DNA of 64,000 nucleotides from Clostridiales bacterium (lineage in GTDB: Bacteria; Bacillota; Clostridia; Oscillospirales; CAG-382). The stretch is from contig QAKH01000036.1 of assembly GCA_003343885.1 (NCBI GenBank), forward strand, positions 2,167-66,166, given 5' to 3'. Position 1 is the first letter of the stretch. Each line of letters begins with the position of its first letter. The notes below the pieces were generated by a model. It worked only from the letters and a program-made list of their open reading frames with translations. It ran no database searches and was not told the origin of the DNA. Made by a program: the position numbers and the translations under genes. This document shows positions 8,811 through 18,129 of the stretch, one piece after another.

Positions 8811-11264
8811 ATGATACAAGTGGCGGAGAAAGAAACCAAAAAAGAGGGACGTTTTTCTCGTTTATTCGGTGCAAAAGACCGCAAAAATGAAAGTGAAGAT
8901 TTCATAAACGTATTTGATATTGAGAAAAAAATCAATGATTCCATACAGAGTCCGAATTCTTCGGCACAAACCGATGAAAGTGCCGAACTTACCGAAGAAG
9001 ACGTTTCCTATGTCCCTGAAACAGAAAATGAAGACGATCTTCCGAATTTGAGAAAAATTTTCGGCAAGGAAAAAAAGGAAGAGGACGAGGACAACGTCCA
9101 AAGTTCAGAAGAATCAATATCCGAAGTCAATGTTAACACTGACAATATAGAACGTGACGCGAAAGAATATTACAACAACAATCATTCCCGGCTCATAGAC
9201 GAAAAAATAAACAAAATTCACGAACATGCCGCTCAAAGCTATGCAAAAGAGGACGACGACACTGATGAGGAGCCGTCACTGTTTGATGCGGAGCAATCTG
9301 AAAATGATGACCGGCAAGAATCAGAAATGGCAGCTCCGCAGGAAGAAGAACCCGTAAATTGCGGTGAAACAAAAAGTTACGACATGTCGCAGCTTATCAA
9401 CATACTAAAAAATCGTGATGCCGACAAAAATGAAGAAGATGAAGACGAATACTCATCCGAACGTTCACAATCTAAAAAATCAAACAACTATTCAGATGAC
9501 GACTTACTGACTCAGCACGATTCGGAACTGTATGACGACGTTAACGAGTACTATCACGATTACGAGTACACCGAAAAGGCACAAAGCGGCGCAATCTTCA
9601 AGAGCCTGCGCAAAGCGGCGCTTTTTTCAAGTTTAGGCATGCTGCTTACATTTGTTGCAACACTCTTATGTATTTGGATAGAGCTTGGACACGCTGCCGG
9701 ACTTCCGTTTGCAACATACATGCATCCGGGACGTTTCGGAAGAATTTATGCAATGGTTTCTCTGCAAATGCTTGCCTTTTGCGTGTTTTTCAATCTTGAC
9801 GGACTGTTACGCGGTATACGCAAGCTTTCCTTTAAACGCAGAACGGCTCCAGAGGCTTCGGCAGTACTTGTGACGGCTATTTGCATAATTCACACATGCG
9901 TCAGCGCTGTCACCGCTTATGAGTCTACCTCGTACAGAACTTACTGCTTTGTAGGCTGCTTTGTTCTTTTCATTCTTTCGGTTAACACTTTTATAAAGTC
10001 ATACACAAACTTCCGGGCAATAACACTTATCCTTTCAAAAAAACCAAAGCTGACCACAAAAAAGCTGGATATGCTTTCGGAAGAATACAACATTTTCTCA
10101 AAATACTTAGGGGATGAATCTGAAGCTCTGGAAGTAGCTAAAACAGATTTTGTTTCAGATTTCATCAAGAACACCCATACGGTTCCGCATGCGACTTCCT
10201 CTTGCAATGTGCTTATGTATTCTCTGCTTATACTGAGTGCAGCGACAACACTTGTATGCTCTCTCTTTATCAATATGCCCATATATGATTCGTTTACTGC
10301 CGGCGTTTCGGTTTTCCTGTTCTCTTCTCCTGCAAGTATGCTTTTAGCTACGGCACTCCCGTATTTCACAGCTTCTTCAAGAGCATCAAAAACTTATACA
10401 GCCATTTTGGGAGAGGCTGCAGGAGATTCGTACATAAATACCGGTGTAATTTCATTCGATGATACTGAAGTATTTTCACCAAAAGCCGTGAAAGTAACAA
10501 GCATAAAAACTTATAACGATCATAGAATCGATAAGGTAATAGTTTGCATGGCAAAAATTTTCGACAAGGTCGGCGGACCTTTGTCCCATGTTTTCTCAAG
10601 TTCTGTACAGGATATTCCTCAGAACGACGATGAAATAATGATTTTGGAAACCGCCTCCGACGGACTTCATCTCAAAGTCGGAACTGACGATGTTCTGGTC
10701 GGCACCGGCGGGTATTTGAGAATGTACGACATAGAAGCTCCTGCCGACAGCATGGATGAAACAGAGATGCGTTCTCTTACAAGTATCATATTTTTGGTAT
10801 GCAACAACGAGCTTGCTGCCAAATTCTATGTAAGATATTCAATAAACAAAAAGTTTGAATCTGTTCTTTCGGATTTGTATAATGCGGGTGTTTGCTGTGG
10901 TGTAAAAACACTTGATCCGGGCATTGACAACCAGTTAATTGAGGGAAATTTAAAAGGTACGGACTATCCTATCAGCGTTATTCGCAAAGATAGTAAAAAA
11001 GTCGGTAAAATCGAAGAAAAATTATCGGGAAGCATTGTTTCCCTTTCAACCATTCACAATTTTCTTAAGACCTTTATTGCGGTTGACAGACTGAACACCC
11101 TTTACAAATCCAATATAGTTCTTGCAACTATAAGCGCACTTATCGGTCTTGTAATTTCCGCATGCCTTACTTTCACCGGCGTTCTACTCTCACCGGTTAT
11201 GATATTGTTATTCCAGTTGTTATGGTTAATTCCCTGTGTAGCGATATCAATCTTCGGAAAATAA
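8811..11264 (+). CDS. Membrane protein with P1B-type ATPase architecture, degenerate catalytic motifs, and an acidic disordered N-terminal region of about 260 aa
   Basis: 817-aa ORF. Residues 1 to about 260 are D/E/S/N-rich. The TM6-to-P-domain segment FLFSSPASMLLATALPYF...NTGVISFDDTEVFS aligns by eye to the CopA-type ..ACPCALGLATPTA...DTVVFDKTGTLT. GVKTLDPGID sits at the TGDN position, and there is no GDGxNDxP. Two C-terminal TM helices are present. Confidence 0.55.
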   Translation: MIQVAEKETKKEGRFSRLFGAKDRKNESEDFINVFDIEKKINDSIQSPNSSAQTDESAELTEEDVSYVPETENEDDLPNLRKIFGKEKKEEDEDNVQSSEESISEVNVNTDNIERDAKEYYNNNHSRLIDEKINKIHEHAAQSYAKEDDDTDEEPSLFDAEQSENDDRQESEMAAPQEEEPVNCGETKSYDMSQLINILKNRDADKNEEDEDEYSSERSQSKKSNNYSDDDLLTQHDSELYDDVNEYYHDYEYTEKAQSGAIFKSLRKAALFSSLGMLLTFVATLLCIWIELGHAAGLPFATYMHPGRFGRIYAMVSLQMLAFCVFFNLDGLLRGIRKLSFKRRTAPEASAVLVTAICIIHTCVSAVTAYESTSYRTYCFVGCFVLFILSVNTFIKSYTNFRAITLILSKKPKLTTKKLDMLSEEYNIFSKYLGDESEALEVAKTDFVSDFIKNTHTVPHATSSCNVLMYSLLILSAATTLVCSLFINMPIYDSFTAGVSVFLFSSPASMLLATALPYFTASSRASKTYTAILGEAAGDSYINTGVISFDDTEVFSPKAVKVTSIKTYNDHRIDKVIVCMAKIFDKVGGPLSHVFSSSVQDIPQNDDEIMILETASDGLHLKVGTDDVLVGTGGYLRMYDIEAPADSMDETEMRSLTSIIFLVCNNELAAKFYVRYSINKKFESVLSDLYNAGVCCGVKTLDPGIDNQLIEGNLKGTDYPISVIRKDSKKVGKIEEKLSGSIVSLSTIHNFLKTFIAVDRLNTLYKSNIVLATISALIGLVISACLTFTGVLLSPVMILLFQLLWLIPCVAISIFGK

Positions 11265-11328
11265 TCGCATCCAATTTTCATTTTACTTCATTTTGTCTTT
11301 CTCATTATTATATAAAGGAGCGAAGATC

Positions 11329-12927
11329 ATGAACTTTCTAAAGAAAGCTGTTTTTACGGCACTCACCCTCGGAATGGTTTCAGGTATGGCATTTGCCGCT
11401 GAACCCGAAATTCCGGACGAACACATCACAAACATTACTCCCGGCAGTGAAGAACAGATCAGTATTCTGTGTGTAGGAAACTCTATCCTCAATCACGGAC
11501 CTTCTGCCGACATAGGCTGGAGCGGAAGCTGGGGAATGGCGGCTTCCTCCGCTGATAAAGACTACTATCACCTTTTGCAGGACAAAGTAAAAGAGGCAGG
11601 ATACACTAACGTGGCTTGGAGTTCCACAGGAGTTGCTACTCTTGAAAGAGCTATCGACAAGCGCACAGACTATGATTACAAGGCTGAAATCGATCAGCTG
11701 CTTGCTCCTTCAGTAAGAGCCGCAATGCCGGATATTGTTATTTTCCAGATAGGCGAAAACGTTAACCAGGGACCAACCAGGGAATCCTACAAGATAGCCT
11801 TGGAAAAGCTTGCTGAATTCTGCGTTTCCGTCAATCCCGACGTCGAAATTATTTTCTGTATGCCTTTCTGGGGCGGTGACGCAAAGTGTCTCGGCGTTAA
11901 GGATGCGGCAATAGAAACCGGATTCACATATGCGGATCTTTCTCAGTTCAACACCGACGAAAATAAGGCGATAGGTCTGTTTGAACACAGCGGCGTTGCA
12001 ATTCACCCGGGCGACCAGGGAATGGCAAATATCGCAGACGAAATATTCAAGCAGTTAGAAGTAGTTCTCTACAAAAAATATGTTGATCCTAATCAGGTGG
12101 AAGTAAAACTTGACGGAAAATACGTTTATTTTGACGTTCCTGCACAGATAATTGATTCACGCACCATGATTCCGATAAGGGCGGTTGCTGAAGCGTTCAG
12201 TGCGGATGTTGCCTGGGACGGAGAAACTGAGACAGTGACGATTACTCGTCCCGGTGAAGAAATCGTTATGAAGCTTGGAGAGAATTTCTTCACCAAAAAC
12301 GGTGAGAAAATCGATCTTGATGTTCCGGCACTTGAAACCGGCGGACGCACGCTTGTTCCTGCAAGAGCCATTGCTGAAGCTTTTGACTGCAAGGTGGACT
12401 GGGACGAGGCTGCTTGGACGGCAATAATCAATTCTCCCGAAAAGGAAGTCACTGTAATTACGGAAATCGACGATAAGTGCGACAGCCTTAATGCCTCCGG
12501 ATTCTACGGAAGCGGCTCAAAGCTTACAATTGTTGATGAAGACGAAAAGCAAGGAAAAGCAATATACGTTGAAGCCACAACCTCAGCAAAGTCCTGGACT
12601 TACATTTGGGCAAAATTCGCAATTCAAAGCGGCAAAACTTATGTTATAGAGGCGGATTTAAAGGCTCTTGACACTGATGGCGCCGGAAATACCGTTGACG
12701 AAGTCGGAATAGGCTTCTGTATGCGTCACGACGGCAAAGACCACGCCGTTAAGGTAACTCAGGTAAAGGTATCTGACGGCTGGGTTCATGTTACTGCTGA
12801 ATATGCCGTTCCGGGCGACATGGTTCCAAATCCTGACGACGACCGGTTCGGAATCTATGCAAATCCTATAAACGACATAGCCGCTTCCTTTGCAATTGAC
12901 AATGTTGTTGTAAAAATTAAAGAATAA
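11329..12927 (+). CDS. Secreted protein: SGNH/GDSL-like hydrolase domain, two copper-amine-oxidase-like stalk repeats and a C-terminal beta-sandwich (CBM-like) domain
   Basis: Signal peptide MNFLKKAVFTALTLGMVSGMAFA. GDSL block I-like ILCVGNSILNHG. Repeats are DVPAQIIDSRTMIPIRAVAEAF..VAWD and DVPALETGGRTLVPARAIAEAF..VDWD. The ATG at 11329 follows AAAGGAG. Confidence 0.65.
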   Translation: MNFLKKAVFTALTLGMVSGMAFAAEPEIPDEHITNITPGSEEQISILCVGNSILNHGPSADIGWSGSWGMAASSADKDYYHLLQDKVKEAGYTNVAWSSTGVATLERAIDKRTDYDYKAEIDQLLAPSVRAAMPDIVIFQIGENVNQGPTRESYKIALEKLAEFCVSVNPDVEIIFCMPFWGGDAKCLGVKDAAIETGFTYADLSQFNTDENKAIGLFEHSGVAIHPGDQGMANIADEIFKQLEVVLYKKYVDPNQVEVKLDGKYVYFDVPAQIIDSRTMIPIRAVAEAFSADVAWDGETETVTITRPGEEIVMKLGENFFTKNGEKIDLDVPALETGGRTLVPARAIAEAFDCKVDWDEAAWTAIINSPEKEVTVITEIDDKCDSLNASGFYGSGSKLTIVDEDEKQGKAIYVEATTSAKSWTYIWAKFAIQSGKTYVIEADLKALDTDGAGNTVDEVGIGFCMRHDGKDHAVKVTQVKVSDGWVHVTAEYAVPGDMVPNPDDDRFGIYANPINDIAASFAIDNVVVKIKE

Positions 12928-12948
12928 TTATACTTTGTTTTCAAAATG

Positions 12949-12989
12949 CGCCGCTTTTGTAAAGTTACACAAATGCGGCGTGTTTTTTT
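12949..12989 (+). terminator. Rho-independent terminator
   Basis: CGCCGCTTTTGT / ACAAATGCGGCG stem (one mismatch), 8-nt loop, then TGTTTTTTT. Confidence 0.8.
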
Positions 12990-13039
12990 GTAAAAAAAGC
13001 ACAAAGAATACATTTTTCGTTAAAGTGTTTAGTTTTTTG

Positions 13040-13068
13040 TTGACTTATTAAAGTAAAATTGGTATAAT
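13040..13068 (+). promoter_or_regulatory. Near-consensus sigma-A promoter
   Basis: TTGACT, a 17-nt spacer, then TGGTATAAT (extended -10). It lies 44 nt upstream of the ATG at 13112. Confidence 0.7.
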
Positions 13069-13111
13069 GTACATGAACAAAGCGTTCAATATCTAATAAA
13101 GGAGAATGATT

Positions 13112-14209
13112 ATGAAAAAAATCATCAGCACAGCTCTTGTTGCTCTTCTTATTGCCTGCACGGTATTTACTTTTGCGGCATTTGCGGAAGACGAGGGCAG
13201 AGTTATCACTGTAAACCTTGATGGAGCTCCTATTGCGTTTGACGTTCCTCCGCAGCTTATCGACGGAAGAACAATGGTTCCGCTCAGAGCTATATTTGAA
13301 TCACTCGGAGCAACTGTTGAATGGGATGACGCGACATGGACCGCAAAGGCAACAAAGGACGACACGACAATCGAGATCACAATTGAAGAGAAAATTCTTT
13401 ACAAAAACGGAAATCCCATCACTCTCGATGTTCCTGCAAAGCTTATAAACGAAAGAACGCTTGTACCTGTAAGGGCAATATCTGAGAGCCTTGACGTTCT
13501 TGTAGGCTGGGATGACGCTACATCAACCGTTTCTCTTACAAGCAGAAAGCACGCTGAACTTGCTGCTGAAGACTTCACAGCCGGAAACGGTTACAACATT
13601 ATCTCAAAAGACGGCGAAGTGTTGAGCAAGAATTCTCCTGTCACTGTTGAGAAGACAGAAGAAGGAATAAAAGTTTCTCACGGCGGTTACTATGTAGACG
13701 GTAAAGACTGGGGCGGAGTAGCGTTCAACGAAAAGCACCTTCTTGACGGTCTGTCCGTAACAATAAAATTTGACAAGGTTCCCGAAGTTACTTCCGCAGA
13801 TGACTGCTGGATTTCAATTGACTTCCTTACCAAGCCTCAGCTGTTCCAGGTAGGCGACGTTAAGGGCAATCCCGGTTTCATGAACCTTATCCGCTTCGGA
13901 AAACCCGCATGGGAGCTTTACGAGGGCGTTTCATCTTGGAAGGGCGTAGACACTACAAAGGAAAACAATGATATGTTTGCCGTTAAGACCGGTGATGTAG
14001 TAACTGTTACTGCTAAGCTTGTTGACGGAAAGTATCAGTTCACCTATACAAACGGCGACAAGAGCATGACATGGAAATACAACGCAAACGATGACTTTGC
14101 CGGCGTATTTGAAGATGGCTTGGCTCACGTAGTTGTATCCGCTTCTCTCAAGGGTTCTGAAGAGGGTGCGTTTGAATACACCATCACTGATATATCTTAC
14201 TTTGAATAA
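13112..14209 (+). CDS. Secreted protein with two copper-amine-oxidase-like stalk repeats and an uncharacterised C-terminal beta-rich domain
   Basis: Signal peptide MKKIISTALVALLIACTVFTFAAFA. Repeats are DVPPQLIDGRTMVPLRAIFESLGATVEWD and DVPAKLINERTLVPVRAISESLDVLVGWD. I recognise no motif in the C-terminal 220 aa. Confidence 0.6.
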   Translation: MKKIISTALVALLIACTVFTFAAFAEDEGRVITVNLDGAPIAFDVPPQLIDGRTMVPLRAIFESLGATVEWDDATWTAKATKDDTTIEITIEEKILYKNGNPITLDVPAKLINERTLVPVRAISESLDVLVGWDDATSTVSLTSRKHAELAAEDFTAGNGYNIISKDGEVLSKNSPVTVEKTEEGIKVSHGGYYVDGKDWGGVAFNEKHLLDGLSVTIKFDKVPEVTSADDCWISIDFLTKPQLFQVGDVKGNPGFMNLIRFGKPAWELYEGVSSWKGVDTTKENNDMFAVKTGDVVTVTAKLVDGKYQFTYTNGDKSMTWKYNANDDFAGVFEDGLAHVVVSASLKGSEEGAFEYTITDISYFE

Positions 14210-14227
14210 TTAGAATAATAAACCAAA

Positions 14228-14264
14228 ATAGCCTGTACAAATAAGTTGCACAGGCTATTTTTAT
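14228..14264 (+). terminator. Rho-independent terminator
   Basis: ATAGCCTGTACA / TGCACAGGCTAT stem followed by TTTTTAT. Confidence 0.75.
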
Positions 14265-14336
14265 CAATAAATATAATTGTTTATCAAGGCAAATCAAATT
14301 ATAAATCTTAAAATCAATACTTAGCTTATAATACTA

Positions 14337-14369
14337 AAATAACCGGTCATAAACAGACCGGTTATTTTT
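14337..14369. terminator. Bidirectional hairpin terminator (probably serves the minus-strand gene ending at 14424)
   Basis: AAAATAACCGGTC-ATAAACA-GACCGGTTATTTT, a perfect palindrome flanked by A and T runs. Confidence 0.6.
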
Positions 14370-14423
14370 ATTTAATTGCAAAATAAAAGGTATTTGTGTA
14401 AGCATAAATTCGATGCAATACGG

Positions 14424-16430
14424 TTATTCGTCTTTTTCCACTGCCTGAACCTGAGCAACCCTTAGTTTTACATAGCTCGTACTTCCAAAGTCAGCCGTAA
14501 TTTCCACAACGCCTGCATTATCGGAAGTAAACTTTGCTGTTTCAGTTTCAAGTGTACCCTCAACGGTAACTAACTCATACTCAGTGTTCGGCTGGAGTGA
14601 GCCTATGCTTATTCTCACCGGCTTTTTGCTGACAGCCGTTATGTAAACCGTATCACCGTCGAAAAGAAATCCGTACGTGTTCTTCGCAAAACCTATCCCC
14701 CTCACTCCGTAAGTGCTAATGGAGGTTTCTGAGGAATTTTCTGCGCTGTTTCCGGCAGATACAAGGTCAAGCATTTGCGTATCTGGTGATATATAAAGGC
14801 GTATTCCGTCGGTATCAAGTCCGAAGAGCGTACGCAGAATTGATGTCGGTGTAAGGCCTGAAAGGGCGTTCGACGATATAGAGCATGCGGCGCTGTCGGA
14901 AGATGCAAGGCTTCCGTCGGCATAAGCGGTCGCAAGCGTAAGCATTCTGTTATACGCTTCAGCGGTACGACCTGATTCTGCCCTTGCCATTATATCGTAG
15001 TATTCCGTATACAGTGAAGCTCCTCCGTTTTGATAATACTGATTATATCCGCCTGCGGCTGACAGCGGGAGATTTCCGCCGAGATAATCCCACCATTTGT
15101 CCTGGGCAGGAACAGTAGTATTCCTGGGAGCAAAGCCGTATGCATAAATATCGGAGCCTTTTGAGGTATCGCTCTCTATAAGTCTTTCACCGTTAAGCCA
15201 GGTAAATATCGCGTCCTGTTTTTCTTTATCCGCAATTCCGGCTTCTATAGCTTCAAGATTGAGAAAAACAAATCCGTAATCATACGCTGTTCCGTTCTTG
15301 TCAAAACATCCGATATACCTCTGTTTTTCCGCATCCCAAAACTTTTCATTAAACGCCTGCGCGTTTCTTTCGGCTATCTGCGCATACTTGTCCGCCTGAT
15401 CCTGTTGACCCAGAAATTCGTACAGAGCAGAAAGATCCTGCATAGCTCTGTTGAAGGAAACATTCGTCACGGCGTCGAGATATCCAAACCTGAAATTATA
15501 CCATTTATTTGACGGCAGTCCGTTGGACGTTCCGTTATTAGTATCGGTGTGTATGTATACAAGTCCGGAAATTGAATCGTACTTTAATCCGCCCTCGTTT
15601 GTTTTTCCGTCAAAAAGGTAGTTCACCGCAAGGTCAAGCTTTTGAAGCACCGTCAACCCCTGCGAGTTATCTAACTTCGGCTGTACGTCTTCGTCAATTT
15701 CTGATAGAAAAGCACTGTCGCCTTCCCAAAGACATATATTGGCTACTGCGGATATGAAGGACGTATTTGTGTCGTAGAAATAGCTTCCAGTATATGACGA
15801 CTTGATGTTTTCCATTTCCGTCCAGACGTATCCGTTTGAGAATATAGGAGCATTTTTGACAGATTTTTTAAAGTTTTCAAAAGCTTCATTCGTCGAAAAC
15901 ATACCGAGCCTTTCGGAAAGTTCTCCGAATTCGTAAATCTTAACGGTATTTAACGGTATATTAAGCGCTGAGTTTTGTGAAAGAGCAACTCCGTCAATCA
16001 AGTTTCCGGCACTTGCAAAAAAAGCATTGTCCTGAAGAGAATAAAGCGTACCGGTTCCTGCGGAAAAGCCTTGTAAAAGCGCTGTTTCTTCCGCTGAGAC
16101 GGTATTATCCGGAACAACCGGCTCGTCGTTATCGTGAGAAGAAAAAGCAAATTTAACTATCGCCGTTATAACTCCGATTACTATAAAAAGTGCGCCTATT
16201 CCGATAACGGCAAGCAGCGCCATTGCCTTTAAGCGATTGATTTTAGCCTGTCGGATGCGTTCTGCCCGCCTTCTTGCCGCCATTGCACGCCTGCGTTTCT
16301 CACGTTCGTATTCTTCGTTCATTCGTATTTCTTCCGCACGCTTATGACGGTCAAAACTTATTAAATCGATTTCATCTGAGTTGGGGACGCTGTTTTTTCC
16401 GTCTTTATTGTTTCCATACGAGCTGTTCAC
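14424..16430 (-). CDS. Type II membrane-anchored extracytoplasmic protein, possibly an (alpha/alpha)6-barrel glycoside-hydrolase-like protein
   Basis: 668 aa. It has an Arg/Lys-rich cytoplasmic tail (EREKRRRAMAARRRAERIRQAK) and a single TM (MALLAVIGIGALFIVIGVITAIV). The large ectodomain contains W/Y-rich segments reminiscent of six-hairpin glycosidases. The family call is weak. Confidence 0.35.
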   Translation of the reverse strand: MNSSYGNNKDGKNSVPNSDEIDLISFDRHKRAEEIRMNEEYEREKRRRAMAARRRAERIRQAKINRLKAMALLAVIGIGALFIVIGVITAIVKFAFSSHDNDEPVVPDNTVSAEETALLQGFSAGTGTLYSLQDNAFFASAGNLIDGVALSQNSALNIPLNTVKIYEFGELSERLGMFSTNEAFENFKKSVKNAPIFSNGYVWTEMENIKSSYTGSYFYDTNTSFISAVANICLWEGDSAFLSEIDEDVQPKLDNSQGLTVLQKLDLAVNYLFDGKTNEGGLKYDSISGLVYIHTDTNNGTSNGLPSNKWYNFRFGYLDAVTNVSFNRAMQDLSALYEFLGQQDQADKYAQIAERNAQAFNEKFWDAEKQRYIGCFDKNGTAYDYGFVFLNLEAIEAGIADKEKQDAIFTWLNGERLIESDTSKGSDIYAYGFAPRNTTVPAQDKWWDYLGGNLPLSAAGGYNQYYQNGGASLYTEYYDIMARAESGRTAEAYNRMLTLATAYADGSLASSDSAACSISSNALSGLTPTSILRTLFGLDTDGIRLYISPDTQMLDLVSAGNSAENSSETSISTYGVRGIGFAKNTYGFLFDGDTVYITAVSKKPVRISIGSLQPNTEYELVTVEGTLETETAKFTSDNAGVVEITADFGSTSYVKLRVAQVQAVEKDE

Positions 16431-16536
16431 CCTCCAAGCCTCCTTTTTCGACTTTATTATACATTTTTATTTTAACATATGAAAAAAACATTGTCAATAA
16501 CAGTGATTTTGTGTTTCAGAAAATATGTCAATTCTA

Positions 16537-16580
16537 TAAAAAATATAAAGTCTTCCGATGATTGTACTGCGGAAGACTTT
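16537..16580 (-). terminator. Rho-independent terminator downstream of the MATE gene
   Basis: On the minus strand: AAAGTCTTCCG-loop-CGGAAGACTTT followed by ATATTTTTT. Confidence 0.7.
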
Positions 16581-16615
16581 GATAATACAGATTGACTTTA
16601 TTTTATGTATTTATT

Positions 16616-18004
16616 TTACTTTACCGCACCGGCTGTTTGCGGTATCTCCTCTTTTTGCGCACGTGTAAGACTTCTAAGCCATGTATAGCTGTTAGCCTTG
16701 AAGAATGCGGCGCCGCACTTAAACACCTGGTCCGAATTAAGGCAGAGCACCACTATCGCCGGATTCCACTTAAACACAAACGCGGCGAGAAAAGACAGCG
16801 GCAGCGTTATGCCGAATATACTGATAAGGTCGTTTTTAAAAACAAACCTGCTGTCTCCCCCACCCCGCACTATACCGATAAGGGTGGGCATTTCATATGC
16901 GGTACCGAATCCGGTAAAACAAAGCACAAGCAGGAACGAATTTGCCATGCTTCTCGCTTCTTCTGAAAGATTGCCGTACAGAGAAAGCACCGGAGTGCGC
17001 AGGAAAAACAGCGCGGCGCTTGTACATGCGCCGACACACAGGAATATAACCTGCAAAGTGCGTGTGTAGCTGCGTATAACGCTCTTGTCCCCAATACCAA
17101 CCGCCTTACCAATCATTACGGCGGCACTTGCGGAAGCTCCAATTGACGCTACCTTTAGAATTTGGAAAAGTGAATTGCTTACGGCGTTTGCCGCAATTGC
17201 CGTATCATTCATATGCCCGAGAATAACCGTCTGCAAAGCTGTTGATACGCCGAAAAGTGCGGCGACAATAATAAAGAAGCGGCAATGCCTGAAATAATCT
17301 CTGACAAGGTTCTTATCAGCTGTAAACCAATCTTTTATTCTGAAAACCAGTTTTTTGTCCGCAAGCAGCAGGTACGAAACAACAATTACCAACTCTACGC
17401 ATCTTGCGACAAGTGTACCTATTGCCGCGCCTTTTGCACCAAGACGCGGAAAGCCGAAATTACCGTTAATTAGAAGGTAGTTTATGCCGCAATTGATGAA
17501 AAACGTGGAAACAGAAACACAAAATGCAACTTTTATGGTTTCGACGCTTCTGAGCATAGCAAGCACTATATTTGTAAGAGCGAACACAACGTAAGTATAC
17601 TTTATAACGCTTATATATTTTACGCCTTCCGCTATGATTTCCTGATTATCCGTGAACAGTCCGACTATCTGCCATGGAAAAAGCGCCGCCGCTGTAAAAA
17701 AGAGTACACCTAAGCCGGCGCACACCAAAAAGGCGCCTTTTGCTACGGATTTTATGGGCGAGGTTCGTCCCTGCCCCCAATACTGGCTGCAAATTGACAC
17801 AAGTGCGTCGGAACAGCCCATTATTATCTGCTGTAGCACAAACTGAACCTGGTTTACCGCTGTTACTCCTGACAGCGCATTTTCGCTGTATGAGCTTACC
17901 ATTACGTTATCTGCAAGGTTTACTCCGAGCATTATCACATTTTGCAAAACAAGAAGCGCCATCATTGAAAAGAAGCGCTTATAAAATTTTATGTCCTTTA
18001 CCAT
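16616..18004 (-). CDS. MATE family efflux transporter
   Basis: 462 aa with about 12 predicted hydrophobic helices. The N-terminal pattern FF.MALLVLQNVIMLGVNLADNVMVS and overall layout are typical of MATE/NorM-like proteins. Confidence 0.8.
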   Translation of the reverse strand: MVKDIKFYKRFFSMMALLVLQNVIMLGVNLADNVMVSSYSENALSGVTAVNQVQFVLQQIIMGCSDALVSICSQYWGQGRTSPIKSVAKGAFLVCAGLGVLFFTAAALFPWQIVGLFTDNQEIIAEGVKYISVIKYTYVVFALTNIVLAMLRSVETIKVAFCVSVSTFFINCGINYLLINGNFGFPRLGAKGAAIGTLVARCVELVIVVSYLLLADKKLVFRIKDWFTADKNLVRDYFRHCRFFIIVAALFGVSTALQTVILGHMNDTAIAANAVSNSLFQILKVASIGASASAAVMIGKAVGIGDKSVIRSYTRTLQVIFLCVGACTSAALFFLRTPVLSLYGNLSEEARSMANSFLLVLCFTGFGTAYEMPTLIGIVRGGGDSRFVFKNDLISIFGITLPLSFLAAFVFKWNPAIVVLCLNSDQVFKCGAAFFKANSYTWLRSLTRAQKEEIPQTAGAVK

Positions 18005-18013
18005 AGCTCTGCT

Positions 18014-18050
18014 CCGAAAAGTGCGAAAGCCTAAAACCTGACTTTCGCAC
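18014..18050 (-). terminator. Terminator-like hairpin ending 10 nt upstream of the MATE start codon (terminator of the upstream gene and/or attenuator)
   Basis: On the minus strand: GTGCGAAAG-loop-CTTTCGCAC followed by TTTTCGGAGCAGAGCT-ATG. The GGAG SD of the MATE gene comes directly after the U-run. Confidence 0.5.
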
Positions 18051-18129
18051 CTTTACTCATTATCATTTGATTACTTCGCTGGTATTTTATGGCTTTCGCT
18101 ATGCCAGTTGATTTACGGGTGAATTACGC

